Assembly: GCA_026396515.1 (NCBI GenBank)
Contig: JAPLWQ010000003.1
Location: 26,204 to 90,203, forward strand
Length of the DNA stretch: 64,000 bases
Direction: 5' to 3'
DNA from: Candidatus Magasanikiibacteriota bacterium
GTDB taxonomy: Bacteria > Patescibacteriota > Patescibacteriia > Magasanikbacterales > GWA2-37-8
Position numbers and translations under genes: made by a program. The notes under the pieces were generated by a model. It had not been told where the DNA came from, ran no database searches, and saw nothing but the letters and a program-made list of their open reading frames with translations. Positions 55,780 to 64,000 of this stretch are shown in pieces; within the stretch, counting starts at the first letter, position 1; each line of letters begins with the position of its first letter.

Positions 55780-57822
55780 ATGAACTTGAAAACTCTTTTC
55801 AATCCGCGGACAGTGGCCGTAATCGGTGCGGCTGATGATCCGAAGAAGCTCGGATACGCGCTGGTATACAATTTGTTGCAGAACAAAAAAAGAAAAGTTA
55901 TACCGGTCAATCCTTCTTTTAAGAAAGTCCTCGGTCTTCGTTGTTTTTCTTCGCTTTCAAAAGTTAAAGACAAAATTGACCTGGTTATTATTGCGGTAAA
56001 GCCGGAAATAGTGCCCTTGGTTTTAAAAGATTGTGGTGAAAAAAAAATTCCTCACGCCATAATTATTACGGCCGGTTTTAAAGAAATTGGCGGAGCGGGT
56101 GCAGAGCGGGAAAAGGAACTCAAAGCGATAGCCAAAAAATATAAAATTAATATTGTCGGTCCGAATTGTCTGGGCGTATTGGACACGGAGAGCAATTTAA
56201 ATGGCACTTTTGGCAGTGAAACAATGCCGAAAAAAGGACCGGTAGCTTTTATTTCGCAATCGGGCGCGGTTGGTACGGCTATGCTTGATTGGGCAATGAA
56301 AAATAATGTCGGGTTTTCCAAATTTGTTTCCATTGGCAATGAGGCCGGTGCGACAGAAAATGATTTTTTGGAATATCTTGGCAAGGACCGCTGTACTTCG
56401 GCAATTTTAATGTATCTTGAAGGTATAACTGATGGAAAAAGATTCATGCGCCAGGTGAAAAAAATATCCGCAAAAAAACCGGTGGTTATTTTAAAAGCCG
56501 GATTGTCCGAGCGCGGCTTAAAAGCAGTGGCGTCTCATACCGGTTCGCTGGCGCCGTCTCGTGAGATATTTCGTACTGCCTGTCGTCAAAGCGGCGCCAT
56601 TCTGGTTGATTCGCTTGGCGCCATGTTTAACCTGGCGAAATTATTGAATGGTGGTTTGTATAGTGCCCCGAATGAATGGGTAATACTGACAAACGGAGGT
56701 GGTCCGTCGATTGTTACCGCCGACTTAATTGAATCCACTCCAAATTTGAACTTATTCGCGCCTGATGAAGCTTTAAAAAATAAATTGAGTAAAGTATTGC
56801 CGGCCACGGCGGCGCTGAACAATCCGGTGGATATTATCGGTGACGCCTTAAGTGATCGCTATGAAGCTGCGTTAAAAATTCTTACTGCAGATAAGAAGGT
56901 GAAGGGGATAATGGTAATTCTTACGCCTCAAAAAATGACGCGGATTAAGGAAACCGCTGTCATTGTGGCAAAGTACGCTTCAAAAATACCAATTATTCCG
57001 CTTTTTATCGGCGGAGCGGCAGCAACCGAGGCGGAGAAGGTTTTTACTAAGCATAATCTAGTCAACTTTATCGATCCGTACGCTGCGGTTGAAGCAGTGT
57101 CCTCTTTGGCTTCGCCAATAAAAAAGAAAGAAGATGCTGATAATCGGATACCGTCAGAAGACGCAGGGCCGATGATGCGCCAAATGCGTTTTAATGAGTG
57201 TGTGGCCATGTTGTACCAGCAGGGTTTAAAAATATCAGGCGATTTTATTGCAAAAAAAGAAAATTTGCGAAGATTTTCGGAAAAGAACAAATTTCCTTGG
57301 GCCATGAAAGTGATGTCAGAGCAGATTGTGCATAAAACAGATGTGGGCGGTGTAAGAGTTAATATAAATAGCTTGGCTGAGGCGGAAAAGGCTTGGAAAG
57401 AAATTTATACGGCAGTGACAAAAAAAATGCCCGGAGTAAAAATTGAGGGTTTTATTGTACAGCCAATGTCATCAGGCAGGGAAGTTATTATTGGTATGAA
57501 GCGCGACCCGTCATTTGGTCCGGTAATTGTTTTTGGCTTGGGTGGCGTTTTTGTGGAAACGCTTAAGGACGCGTCTATGCGCATTTCACCGATAAATGAT
57601 GCTGATGCAATGGCCATGATTTATGAAATTAAAGCGGCGGCAATTTTACGGGGCGTGCGGGGCGAGCCGTCGGTTGATATATCCGCTTTGGCCAAGATTA
57701 TTGTGGCTGTTTCAAAAATGGCGGAGAAACACAAAAATATTAAGGAAATTGATTTTAACCCGGTGATGGCAAGACCGGACGGAGCCGATATTGTAGATGT
57801 GCGAATTATGGTTGAACGCTGA
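55780..57822 (+). CDS. Acetyl-CoA synthetase (ADP-forming), fused alpha-beta
   Basis: TVAVIGAADDPKKLGYALVYNL CoA-binding N-terminus; succinyl-CoA-synthetase-like flavodoxin and ATP-grasp domains; 680 aa. Confidence 0.8.
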   Translation: MNLKTLFNPRTVAVIGAADDPKKLGYALVYNLLQNKKRKVIPVNPSFKKVLGLRCFSSLSKVKDKIDLVIIAVKPEIVPLVLKDCGEKKIPHAIIITAGFKEIGGAGAEREKELKAIAKKYKINIVGPNCLGVLDTESNLNGTFGSETMPKKGPVAFISQSGAVGTAMLDWAMKNNVGFSKFVSIGNEAGATENDFLEYLGKDRCTSAILMYLEGITDGKRFMRQVKKISAKKPVVILKAGLSERGLKAVASHTGSLAPSREIFRTACRQSGAILVDSLGAMFNLAKLLNGGLYSAPNEWVILTNGGGPSIVTADLIESTPNLNLFAPDEALKNKLSKVLPATAALNNPVDIIGDALSDRYEAALKILTADKKVKGIMVILTPQKMTRIKETAVIVAKYASKIPIIPLFIGGAAATEAEKVFTKHNLVNFIDPYAAVEAVSSLASPIKKKEDADNRIPSEDAGPMMRQMRFNECVAMLYQQGLKISGDFIAKKENLRRFSEKNKFPWAMKVMSEQIVHKTDVGGVRVNINSLAEAEKAWKEIYTAVTKKMPGVKIEGFIVQPMSSGREVIIGMKRDPSFGPVIVFGLGGVFVETLKDASMRISPINDADAMAMIYEIKAAAILRGVRGEPSVDISALAKIIVAVSKMAEKHKNIKEIDFNPVMARPDGADIVDVRIMVER

Positions 57823-57856
57823 TTCTTGCCATTTATTTTCGCTTATGTTAGAATAA

Positions 57857-57881
57857 TTAAGCCCTTTTTGGGCTTAATTTT
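57857..57881 (+). terminator. Rho-independent terminator after the ACD gene
   Basis: ttaagccc-ttttt-gggcttaa followed by tttt. Confidence 0.75.
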
Positions 57882-57895
57882 CATATTCAAATTAC

Positions 57896-60661
57896 ATGTC
57901 ATTTATTACGAAAATTTTTGGTGATCCGAACGCTAAGGTGCTTAAGGGCATTGAACCGATTATTGCCCAAATAAATGCAAAAGAACCGGAAATTCAGAAG
58001 TTGTCAGCACTAGGTTTAAAAAATAAGACGACCGATCTTAAGGAGCGCCTGGCAAAAGGCGAGACACTCGAGGATATTCTTCCCGAGGCTTTTGCTGTCG
58101 TGCGCGAAATGTCCAAGCGCCTGACTGGAATGCGTCATTTTGACGTACAGCTTGTTGGCGGCGTAGTGCTTCATCGCGGGCAGATTGCGGAGATGAGAAC
58201 CGGTGAAGGTAAAACTTTGGTAGCCACATTGCCGATATATTTAAACGCGTTGGCCGGGAAAGGCGTACATTTGGTCACTGTTAATGATTACCTGGCAAAA
58301 CGCGACGCGGTTTGGATGGGTCAAATTTATGACGCGCTTGGCCTTTCAATCGGTATCATTCAACAACTCGGAGTGTCATACAAATATAATTCGCAAGCGC
58401 GTGCCGCAGTGCCTGACGATGATCTAAGTGAAGGAGGCGCGATTGATAAAGAGCGCGACGCCAAGGGTATGTATAAAATTGAATATGATTATCTGGAGCC
58501 GTGTTCACGCGCCGAAGCGTATCAGTGTGATATCACCTATGGCACGAACAACGAATACGGTTTTGATTATCTGAGGGACAACATGGTTCAGTCGCTTGAA
58601 GACATGTCTCAGCGCAAATTGAGTTATGCGATTGTTGATGAAGTTGACTCAATTTTAATTGATGAAGCGCGAACCCCGCTTATTATTTCCGCTCCGGCTG
58701 AAGAAGCGGCGGATATGTATTATAAATTCGCCGAATTGGTAGAAAAGCTGGAAGAAAATGTTGATTACAATATCGATGAAAAAATGCGTGCTTCCACTTT
58801 GACCGAAGCGGGCATACAAAAAATGGAGAAATGGCTGGGAGTGGGCAATATTTACGCCGAAGGCGATGTAAGTATTGTGCATCACGTGGAACAGTCTTTG
58901 CGTGCCATGGCGTTATTTAAACGTGATCGTGATTATGTGGTGGAAGAAGGTGAAGTGATTATTGTTGATGAATTTACCGGGCGCAAAATGCCCGGCCGCC
59001 GGTATAGCGAAGGTTTGCATCAGGCGATTGAGGCTAAAGAGCGTGTTAAAATTCAGCGTGAAAGCCGGACTATGGCCACCGTAACATTTCAGAACTACTT
59101 TCGCATGTACGAGAAGTTGGCCGGTATGACCGGTACGGCCGTGACTGAAGCTGAAGAGTTTGGAAAAATTTATAAATTGGAAGTGGTGGTAATCCCCACG
59201 AACAAAGTAAATCTTCGCAAAGACCATCCTGATAGAATTTACCGGACCGAGGAATTGAAATATTTAGCTATTGCCAATAAATGCAAGGAATTGCAGGCAA
59301 AAGGCCAGCCGGCGCTGATTGGTACTATTTCAGTTGAAAAAAATGAACAGTTATCAATATACTTGGAGCGGGAGGGCGTTAAACATGAAATTTTGAATGC
59401 AAAGAATCATGAACGTGAAGGTGAAATTATTGCTCAAGCCGGCCGTCCCGGCGCGGTAACGCTGGCTACAAATATGGCCGGCCGCGGCGTAGACATTATT
59501 ATGGGCGGAAATCCGCCGGATAAGGAAATGGGCTCGCGCGCGCGTGAAGCCGGCGGTTTGTTTGTGATCGGCTCCGAACGGCATGAATCCCGCCGCATTG
59601 ACAATCAACTGCGTGGCCGCGCCGCCCGCCAGGGTGATTCCGGTGAATCACAATTTTATCTTTCCACCGAGGATGATTTGATGCGTATTTTTGCCGGTGA
59701 TAGAATCCGGGCGGTAATGCAAACACTGCGAGTGCCGGACGATATGCCGATAGAGCAAAAATCAATTACCCGAATTATTGAATCGGCGCAGAGAAAAGTT
59801 GAAGGATTTCATTTTGACATGCGCAAGCACTTAATTGAGTATGACGATGTTTTGAATAAACACCGCGAGGTAGTTTATGGCAAGCGCCGGAAGATACTGG
59901 ATAATTTTGAAAAAGAAAAGAATCACGTGCCGGTTGAGGGTGAACAAACATTGCGGCAGATGATTTTAGAAATGGTGGAGGAGGAAATAGAGGCGGTTGT
60001 ATCATTTCATACCAATGCCGAAGAAATGGATAATTGGAATTTAAAAGAAATCACCGAGACCATGCAGACGGTGTTTCCTCTTTCCGATACGGAAAAAAAG
60101 GAATTGTCCGGATTGGGCGGAGAGGGCAGACAAAAATTGGAGGCGGTTGAAACGCGCACGAGAATTATTGAATATTTAACAGAACTCTCGAAAAAGAGAT
60201 ACGATGAAATGCTGGTTAAGCAGGCGAGCGATCCGGTTCTGCTTTTGGAAATTGAAAAACAGATGCTGCTACGGTCAATTGATAATCTCTGGATTGATCA
60301 CCTTGTAGCGATTGATTATTTGCGCACCGGTATCGGTCTGCGCGGTTACGGTCAGCGTGACCCGCTTGTTGAATACAAAAAAGAAACTTATCACATGTTT
60401 AATGAGCTTCTGTCACTCATTCAGAAAGAAGTTGTATATTCGATTTATAAGATGGGTATCGGTATGAAGTTTGCTCCGAGCATTATGCAAAAAGGTAATT
60501 TAATACTTCAGGGCGCGGCTAAAGAAGCCGGTGACGCCGTCTCCAGTGGTAAGCCGCGCGATAAAGAGGGGAATGATGTGGGGCGAAACGATCCTTGCCC
60601 ATGCGGAGCAAAACACCCGGACGGGCGACCGATTAAGTTCAAGAATTGCCACGGAAAATAA
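57896..60661 (+). CDS. secA: Preprotein translocase ATPase SecA (with C-terminal zinc finger)
   Basis: DEAD-like motor motifs; C-terminal CPCGAKHPDGRPIKFKNCHG. Confidence 0.95.
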   Translation: MSFITKIFGDPNAKVLKGIEPIIAQINAKEPEIQKLSALGLKNKTTDLKERLAKGETLEDILPEAFAVVREMSKRLTGMRHFDVQLVGGVVLHRGQIAEMRTGEGKTLVATLPIYLNALAGKGVHLVTVNDYLAKRDAVWMGQIYDALGLSIGIIQQLGVSYKYNSQARAAVPDDDLSEGGAIDKERDAKGMYKIEYDYLEPCSRAEAYQCDITYGTNNEYGFDYLRDNMVQSLEDMSQRKLSYAIVDEVDSILIDEARTPLIISAPAEEAADMYYKFAELVEKLEENVDYNIDEKMRASTLTEAGIQKMEKWLGVGNIYAEGDVSIVHHVEQSLRAMALFKRDRDYVVEEGEVIIVDEFTGRKMPGRRYSEGLHQAIEAKERVKIQRESRTMATVTFQNYFRMYEKLAGMTGTAVTEAEEFGKIYKLEVVVIPTNKVNLRKDHPDRIYRTEELKYLAIANKCKELQAKGQPALIGTISVEKNEQLSIYLEREGVKHEILNAKNHEREGEIIAQAGRPGAVTLATNMAGRGVDIIMGGNPPDKEMGSRAREAGGLFVIGSERHESRRIDNQLRGRAARQGDSGESQFYLSTEDDLMRIFAGDRIRAVMQTLRVPDDMPIEQKSITRIIESAQRKVEGFHFDMRKHLIEYDDVLNKHREVVYGKRRKILDNFEKEKNHVPVEGEQTLRQMILEMVEEEIEAVVSFHTNAEEMDNWNLKEITETMQTVFPLSDTEKKELSGLGGEGRQKLEAVETRTRIIEYLTELSKKRYDEMLVKQASDPVLLLEIEKQMLLRSIDNLWIDHLVAIDYLRTGIGLRGYGQRDPLVEYKKETYHMFNELLSLIQKEVVYSIYKMGIGMKFAPSIMQKGNLILQGAAKEAGDAVSSGKPRDKEGNDVGRNDPCPCGAKHPDGRPIKFKNCHGK

Positions 60662-60739
60662 GCACAATCTGTCCACTTGCCTTTTTTGCTCATATTTAGT
60701 AATATTTGCGCACAAAACAATCTATTTTATATCTAAAAT

Positions 60740-62827
60740 ATGGCTAAAACAAAGAATGTTGTTAAGACCGCAACCCGCTCACAGATTAAGTGGAGGATGG
60801 TTGGTGTAACCGCCTTGTTTATTGTATGTTTAGTTGTTGTTGTACCCGGATACTGCAATAAGGGGATTAATTGGGTGAATTCAAAAATTAGCCTAGGCAT
60901 CCCGACTCTTCCGGACAAGGGTTTTAATTTGGGTCTTGATCTTCAAGGCGGCGCCCATCTGCAGTATGTTGCAAAAACCGACAGTATCCCGCCTACAGAA
61001 AGAGCAGCGGCCGTAGAGGGTGTGCGAGACGTCATTGAACGCCGTGTCCGAGGCGGATTGGGCGTGGCTGAACCCCTTGTTCAAACCACAAGAGTAGGCG
61101 AGGAGTACCGTGTAATTGTGGAGCTTCCCGGTGTAGCAAATGTTACCGACGCGATCAAAATGATCGGTGAAACTCCGGTATTGGAATTTAAAGAAGAAAA
61201 TAATGAACCTCCGCGCGAGCTTACGGCCGCAGAAACAAAAGAAATGAATGATTTTAACGCCATAGCCGATAAAAAAATTAAAGAGGTTCAAAAGGAAATA
61301 AATAACAAGGCGGATTTTTCCGCCACCGCTCTTAAGTACAGCGAGGACGAAAAAAGCAAGCGTAACGGCGGAAATCTCGGGTTCATTAACAATAGTATTT
61401 ATCCGGAGATTTATGATTGGGCCGCCAAACAAAATAATGGCGATATTTCCAAAGAGATCATTAAAACTTCGGACGGCTTGAACATAGTAAAGAGATTAAA
61501 TGTGAGAGACGGCGAAAAACAAGTAACCGCCTCCCATATATTGATTTGTTATAAAGGTGCCGAACTTTGCGGCGGTACATTAAGCAAGGAAGACGCAAAA
61601 GCTAAAATTGATGCATTAAAACAAACCGTTAACGTTGAAAATTTTGCGGAAATGGCAAAACAAAATTCCACTGAACCAGGAGTGGCAGAGAGCGGTGGAG
61701 ACCTTGGCACTTTCGGGAAAGGTAAGGTAGTGCCTGAATTTGAAAGTGCGGTTTATGATGCGCCGGTTAATCAGATTATCGGTCCGGTGGAAACCAAATT
61801 CGGTTATCATTTGATACTTAAAAGGGGAGAGGAAACGCCGAAAGAATATGAGGTGGCAAGAATATATGTCCGCACAAAAAGTCAGACAGATATTCTGCCT
61901 CCGAACGATCAGTGGAAATTTACCGGTTTAACCGGTAAACAGCTGAAAAAAGCGGAAGTTACACAGGATAGCCGCAATGGCGAAGTGCAGGTTAATCTGC
62001 AGTTCAATGATGACGGCGCCAAATTATTTGCCGATATTACCACAAGAAATGCCGGGAAATTGGTGGCCATATTTTTGGACGGTGAGCCAATCAGCATTCC
62101 GCGCGTCAACGAGCCGATCATTGAAGGCAGTGCGGTAATTTCCGGCAATTTCAAGTGGGATGAAGCAAAATTGCTCGCTCAGCGCCTTAATTCCGGTGCC
62201 TTGCCGGTTCCGGTTGAATTGGTAAGCCAGCAAAAGGTTGACGCCACGCTCGGTTTTGACTCACTTACAATGAGCTTTAAAGCCGGTGTTATCGGCCTTA
62301 TAATTGTTATATTATTCATGATTTTGTACTATCGGCTGCCGGGTGCCGTCTCTTCACTCGCCTTGCTGATTTACACAGTACTTGTTCTGGCAATATTTAA
62401 AATTATCGGTTTCACTTTGACACTTTCCGGTATCGCCGGTTTTATTCTTTCAATCGGCATGGCCGTTGACGCCAATGTTCTTGTGTTTGAGCGCCTTAAA
62501 GAAGAACTGCGCGCCGGCAAGAATTTGAGAAGCGCCATGGAAGAATCGTTTTTGCGCGCATGGACTTCCATACGCGACAGCAATGTGACGACAATGATTT
62601 CCTGCGTCTTTCTGGTTTGGATGGGAACGGGCTTTGTAAAGGGTTTCGCAGTTATCCTACTTCTTGGTGTAATTGCTTCCATGTTTACTGCCATTACTAT
62701 CACCAGAACACTGATGCGGTTTTTCTTCTATTGGTTCGGGGACAATGCTAATTGGATGTTTTTGGGACATAAAAAGATTGAACCGGTACAGGCGGCCGAC
62801 ACCCGGTCAAATAGCATACTTCAATAA
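60740..62827 (+). CDS. secD: Protein-export membrane protein SecD with two parvulin (PpiC-type) PPIase domains in the periplasmic P1 region
   Basis: GLDLQGGAHLQY SecD signature. Second insert SHILICYKG...GGDLGTFGKGKVVPEFESAVY...GPVETKFGYHLILKRGE is a complete parvulin fold. An upstream partial or inactive copy (ADF...NGGNLGFINNSIYPEI...GLNIVK). C-terminal 6-TM SecD core. Confidence 0.85.
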   Translation: MAKTKNVVKTATRSQIKWRMVGVTALFIVCLVVVVPGYCNKGINWVNSKISLGIPTLPDKGFNLGLDLQGGAHLQYVAKTDSIPPTERAAAVEGVRDVIERRVRGGLGVAEPLVQTTRVGEEYRVIVELPGVANVTDAIKMIGETPVLEFKEENNEPPRELTAAETKEMNDFNAIADKKIKEVQKEINNKADFSATALKYSEDEKSKRNGGNLGFINNSIYPEIYDWAAKQNNGDISKEIIKTSDGLNIVKRLNVRDGEKQVTASHILICYKGAELCGGTLSKEDAKAKIDALKQTVNVENFAEMAKQNSTEPGVAESGGDLGTFGKGKVVPEFESAVYDAPVNQIIGPVETKFGYHLILKRGEETPKEYEVARIYVRTKSQTDILPPNDQWKFTGLTGKQLKKAEVTQDSRNGEVQVNLQFNDDGAKLFADITTRNAGKLVAIFLDGEPISIPRVNEPIIEGSAVISGNFKWDEAKLLAQRLNSGALPVPVELVSQQKVDATLGFDSLTMSFKAGVIGLIIVILFMILYYRLPGAVSSLALLIYTVLVLAIFKIIGFTLTLSGIAGFILSIGMAVDANVLVFERLKEELRAGKNLRSAMEESFLRAWTSIRDSNVTTMISCVFLVWMGTGFVKGFAVILLLGVIASMFTAITITRTLMRFFFYWFGDNANWMFLGHKKIEPVQAADTRSNSILQ

Positions 62828-62838
62828 CACAAATCATT

Positions 62839-63750
62839 ATGAATATACCTTTCATTAAGTATTCAAAAATTTGGTTAATTATCAGCATCGCGATAGCGGT
62901 GGTGAGTGTTTGGGCGATTGCCACATGGGGGCTTAAATTTGGTATTGACTTTACCGGTGGATCGCTTATGGAAGCATCTTTTTCAAAGAGTATCCCGACC
63001 GCCGATGAAGTAAAGATGGCACTCGGCACAAATGGAATTGAAAATGCTCTGATTCAAAAAACCAGTGACGGGACGCTGATTATTCGCACGTCATTGCTTT
63101 CAGAGGAAGGGCATCAAAAAGCGCTGAAAACCCTGCAAGATGCTTTTCAAAAAGACGGTAATGTTTTGACTGAGAATCGTTTTGAAATGGTCGGACCATC
63201 CGTTTCAAGTCAGTTGCGCCAGCGTTCCATTTGGGCAATAATTCTTGTTTGTATCGGAATTTTGGCCTACATCGCTTACGCTTTTCGCGTTGTTTCCCGG
63301 CCGGTTGCCAGCTGGAAATTCGGTGCTTTGGCCATACTCGCCATGTTGCACGATGTCCTTCTTGTTATCGGCGTGTTCGCTTTTCTTGGCCATTATTTCG
63401 GAGTGGAAATTGACACCGCTTTTGTGGTGGCCGTGCTAACCATTCTTGGCTTTTCCGTGCATGACACGATCGTTGTCTACGACCGTATCAGAGAAAAATT
63501 GCTGCACAGAACATCCCAGACCCTTGAGGAGATTGTTAACGCCGGTCTGAATCAAACGCTTGGCCGTTCCATTAATACTACTGTAACCGTTTTGATTACG
63601 CTTTTCGCCATGTATTTCTTCGGCGGTGTGAGTATCCACAATTTCGTCTTAGCGCTGATTATAGGCTTTGTTACAGGCGCTTATTCATCAATCTTCATTG
63701 CCTCTCCGCTTTTAGTATACGTGGAGCGCTGGCAGAAAAAGAAGGCATAA
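62839..63750 (+). CDS. secF: Protein-export membrane protein SecF
   Basis: GIDFTGGSLME; 6 TM. Confidence 0.9.
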   Translation: MNIPFIKYSKIWLIISIAIAVVSVWAIATWGLKFGIDFTGGSLMEASFSKSIPTADEVKMALGTNGIENALIQKTSDGTLIIRTSLLSEEGHQKALKTLQDAFQKDGNVLTENRFEMVGPSVSSQLRQRSIWAIILVCIGILAYIAYAFRVVSRPVASWKFGALAILAMLHDVLLVIGVFAFLGHYFGVEIDTAFVVAVLTILGFSVHDTIVVYDRIREKLLHRTSQTLEEIVNAGLNQTLGRSINTTVTVLITLFAMYFFGGVSIHNFVLALIIGFVTGAYSSIFIASPLLVYVERWQKKKA

Positions 63751-63761
63751 TTTTACTTAAG

Positions 63762-63790
63762 AAACCGCCCATTTGGGCGGTTTTTTTGTT
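63762..63790 (+). terminator. Rho-independent terminator after secF
   Basis: ccgccc-attt-gggcgg followed by tttttttg. Confidence 0.8.
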
Positions 63791-63831
63791 TTTAAAGTTG
63801 TGGTATACTAATATTGTTAAAATATTGAACT

Positions 63832-63990
63832 ATGAGCGATAATTCTACTCGTCATTTTGTGGCATTCATCATCACTTTGATTGCCCTGTTGGCTTATCTT
63901 GGCGGATATTTTTCCGCCGGATTCGGTTGGTGGTGGGCCGGTTTTGCCGTCCTGATTGTTTATGGCGGCATTTTCAACGCCTTAAAATAA
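63832..63990 (+). CDS. Small (52 aa) two-TM hypothetical membrane protein, preceded by an extended -10 (TGgTATACT)
   Basis: ORF below the 60-aa track cutoff; hydrophobic (FVAFIITLIALLAYLGGYF...WWWAGFAVLIVYGG). Confidence 0.3.
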   Translation: MSDNSTRHFVAFIITLIALLAYLGGYFSAGFGWWWAGFAVLIVYGGIFNALK

Positions 63991-64000
63991 TATTGTTATG

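Overview
This 64-kb window is gene-dense and the strong calls are all read from motifs in the six-frame translations. Most genes are on the + strand, AT-rich, CpG-rich in their codons, and almost without Shine-Dalgarno sequences. UGA is a stop codon (for example 4445-4447 and 57820-57822), so the standard code applies. The content is reduced-genome housekeeping with lower glycolysis but no respiratory genes, plus giant surface proteins. That fits a Candidate Phyla Radiation / Patescibacteria-like bacterium, which is inference, not a classification.

Contents in order along the window:
- 17-7735: a giant 5'-partial K/E-rich protein, a membrane-anchored secreted beta-propeller protein and rplY (L25/Ctc).
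- 7803-17605: a DUF3048-like protein, then on the minus strand a prfA / PMT-ArnT-like glycosyltransferase / prmC overlapping operon, a short bifunctional Rel, a compositionally foreign 418-aa gene and rpmE. Back on the + strand come a PP2C phosphatase and rpsB.
- 17663-23162: tsf and a 1503-aa surface protein with a lamin-tail domain and fibronectin-III repeats.
- 23241-37477: rlmI-like, gap, aspS, scpA, scpB, a D,D-carboxypeptidase, pgk, a SIMPL-domain protein, eno, two tandem divergent gpmI paralogs and an NrnA-like DHH protein.
- 37665-49065: valS, an odd CpG-depleted gene with a GC-rich palindromic tail, tyrS, a PD40 lipoprotein, argS, bactofilin, a degenerate DAG-kinase-like gene, tRNA-Leu(GAG), a methyltransferase, a YraN endonuclease and ndk.
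- 49159-57822: a foreign-composition membrane gene, then a fermentative module of compact NuoF-like protein, membrane protein, [FeFe] hydrogenase HydA, 2-oxoacid:ferredoxin oxidoreductase and ADP-forming acetyl-CoA synthetase.
- 57896-63990: secA, secD, secF and a small membrane ORF.

No CRISPR array, rRNA or obvious transposase was seen.

The most noteworthy observations:
- secD carries two parvulin-type PPIase domains inside its periplasmic P1 region.
- Two GC3-rich genes of foreign composition carry perfect AAGGAGG ribosome-binding sites in an otherwise SD-less genome.
- The gene after valS is a CpG-depleted / CpG-rich chimera.
- A 129-bp element bounded by terminal inverted repeats sits upstream of scpA.
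- Two divergent gpmI paralogs lie in tandem.
- RF1 carries PET instead of PAT.
- The hydrogenase operon has an unusual layout.
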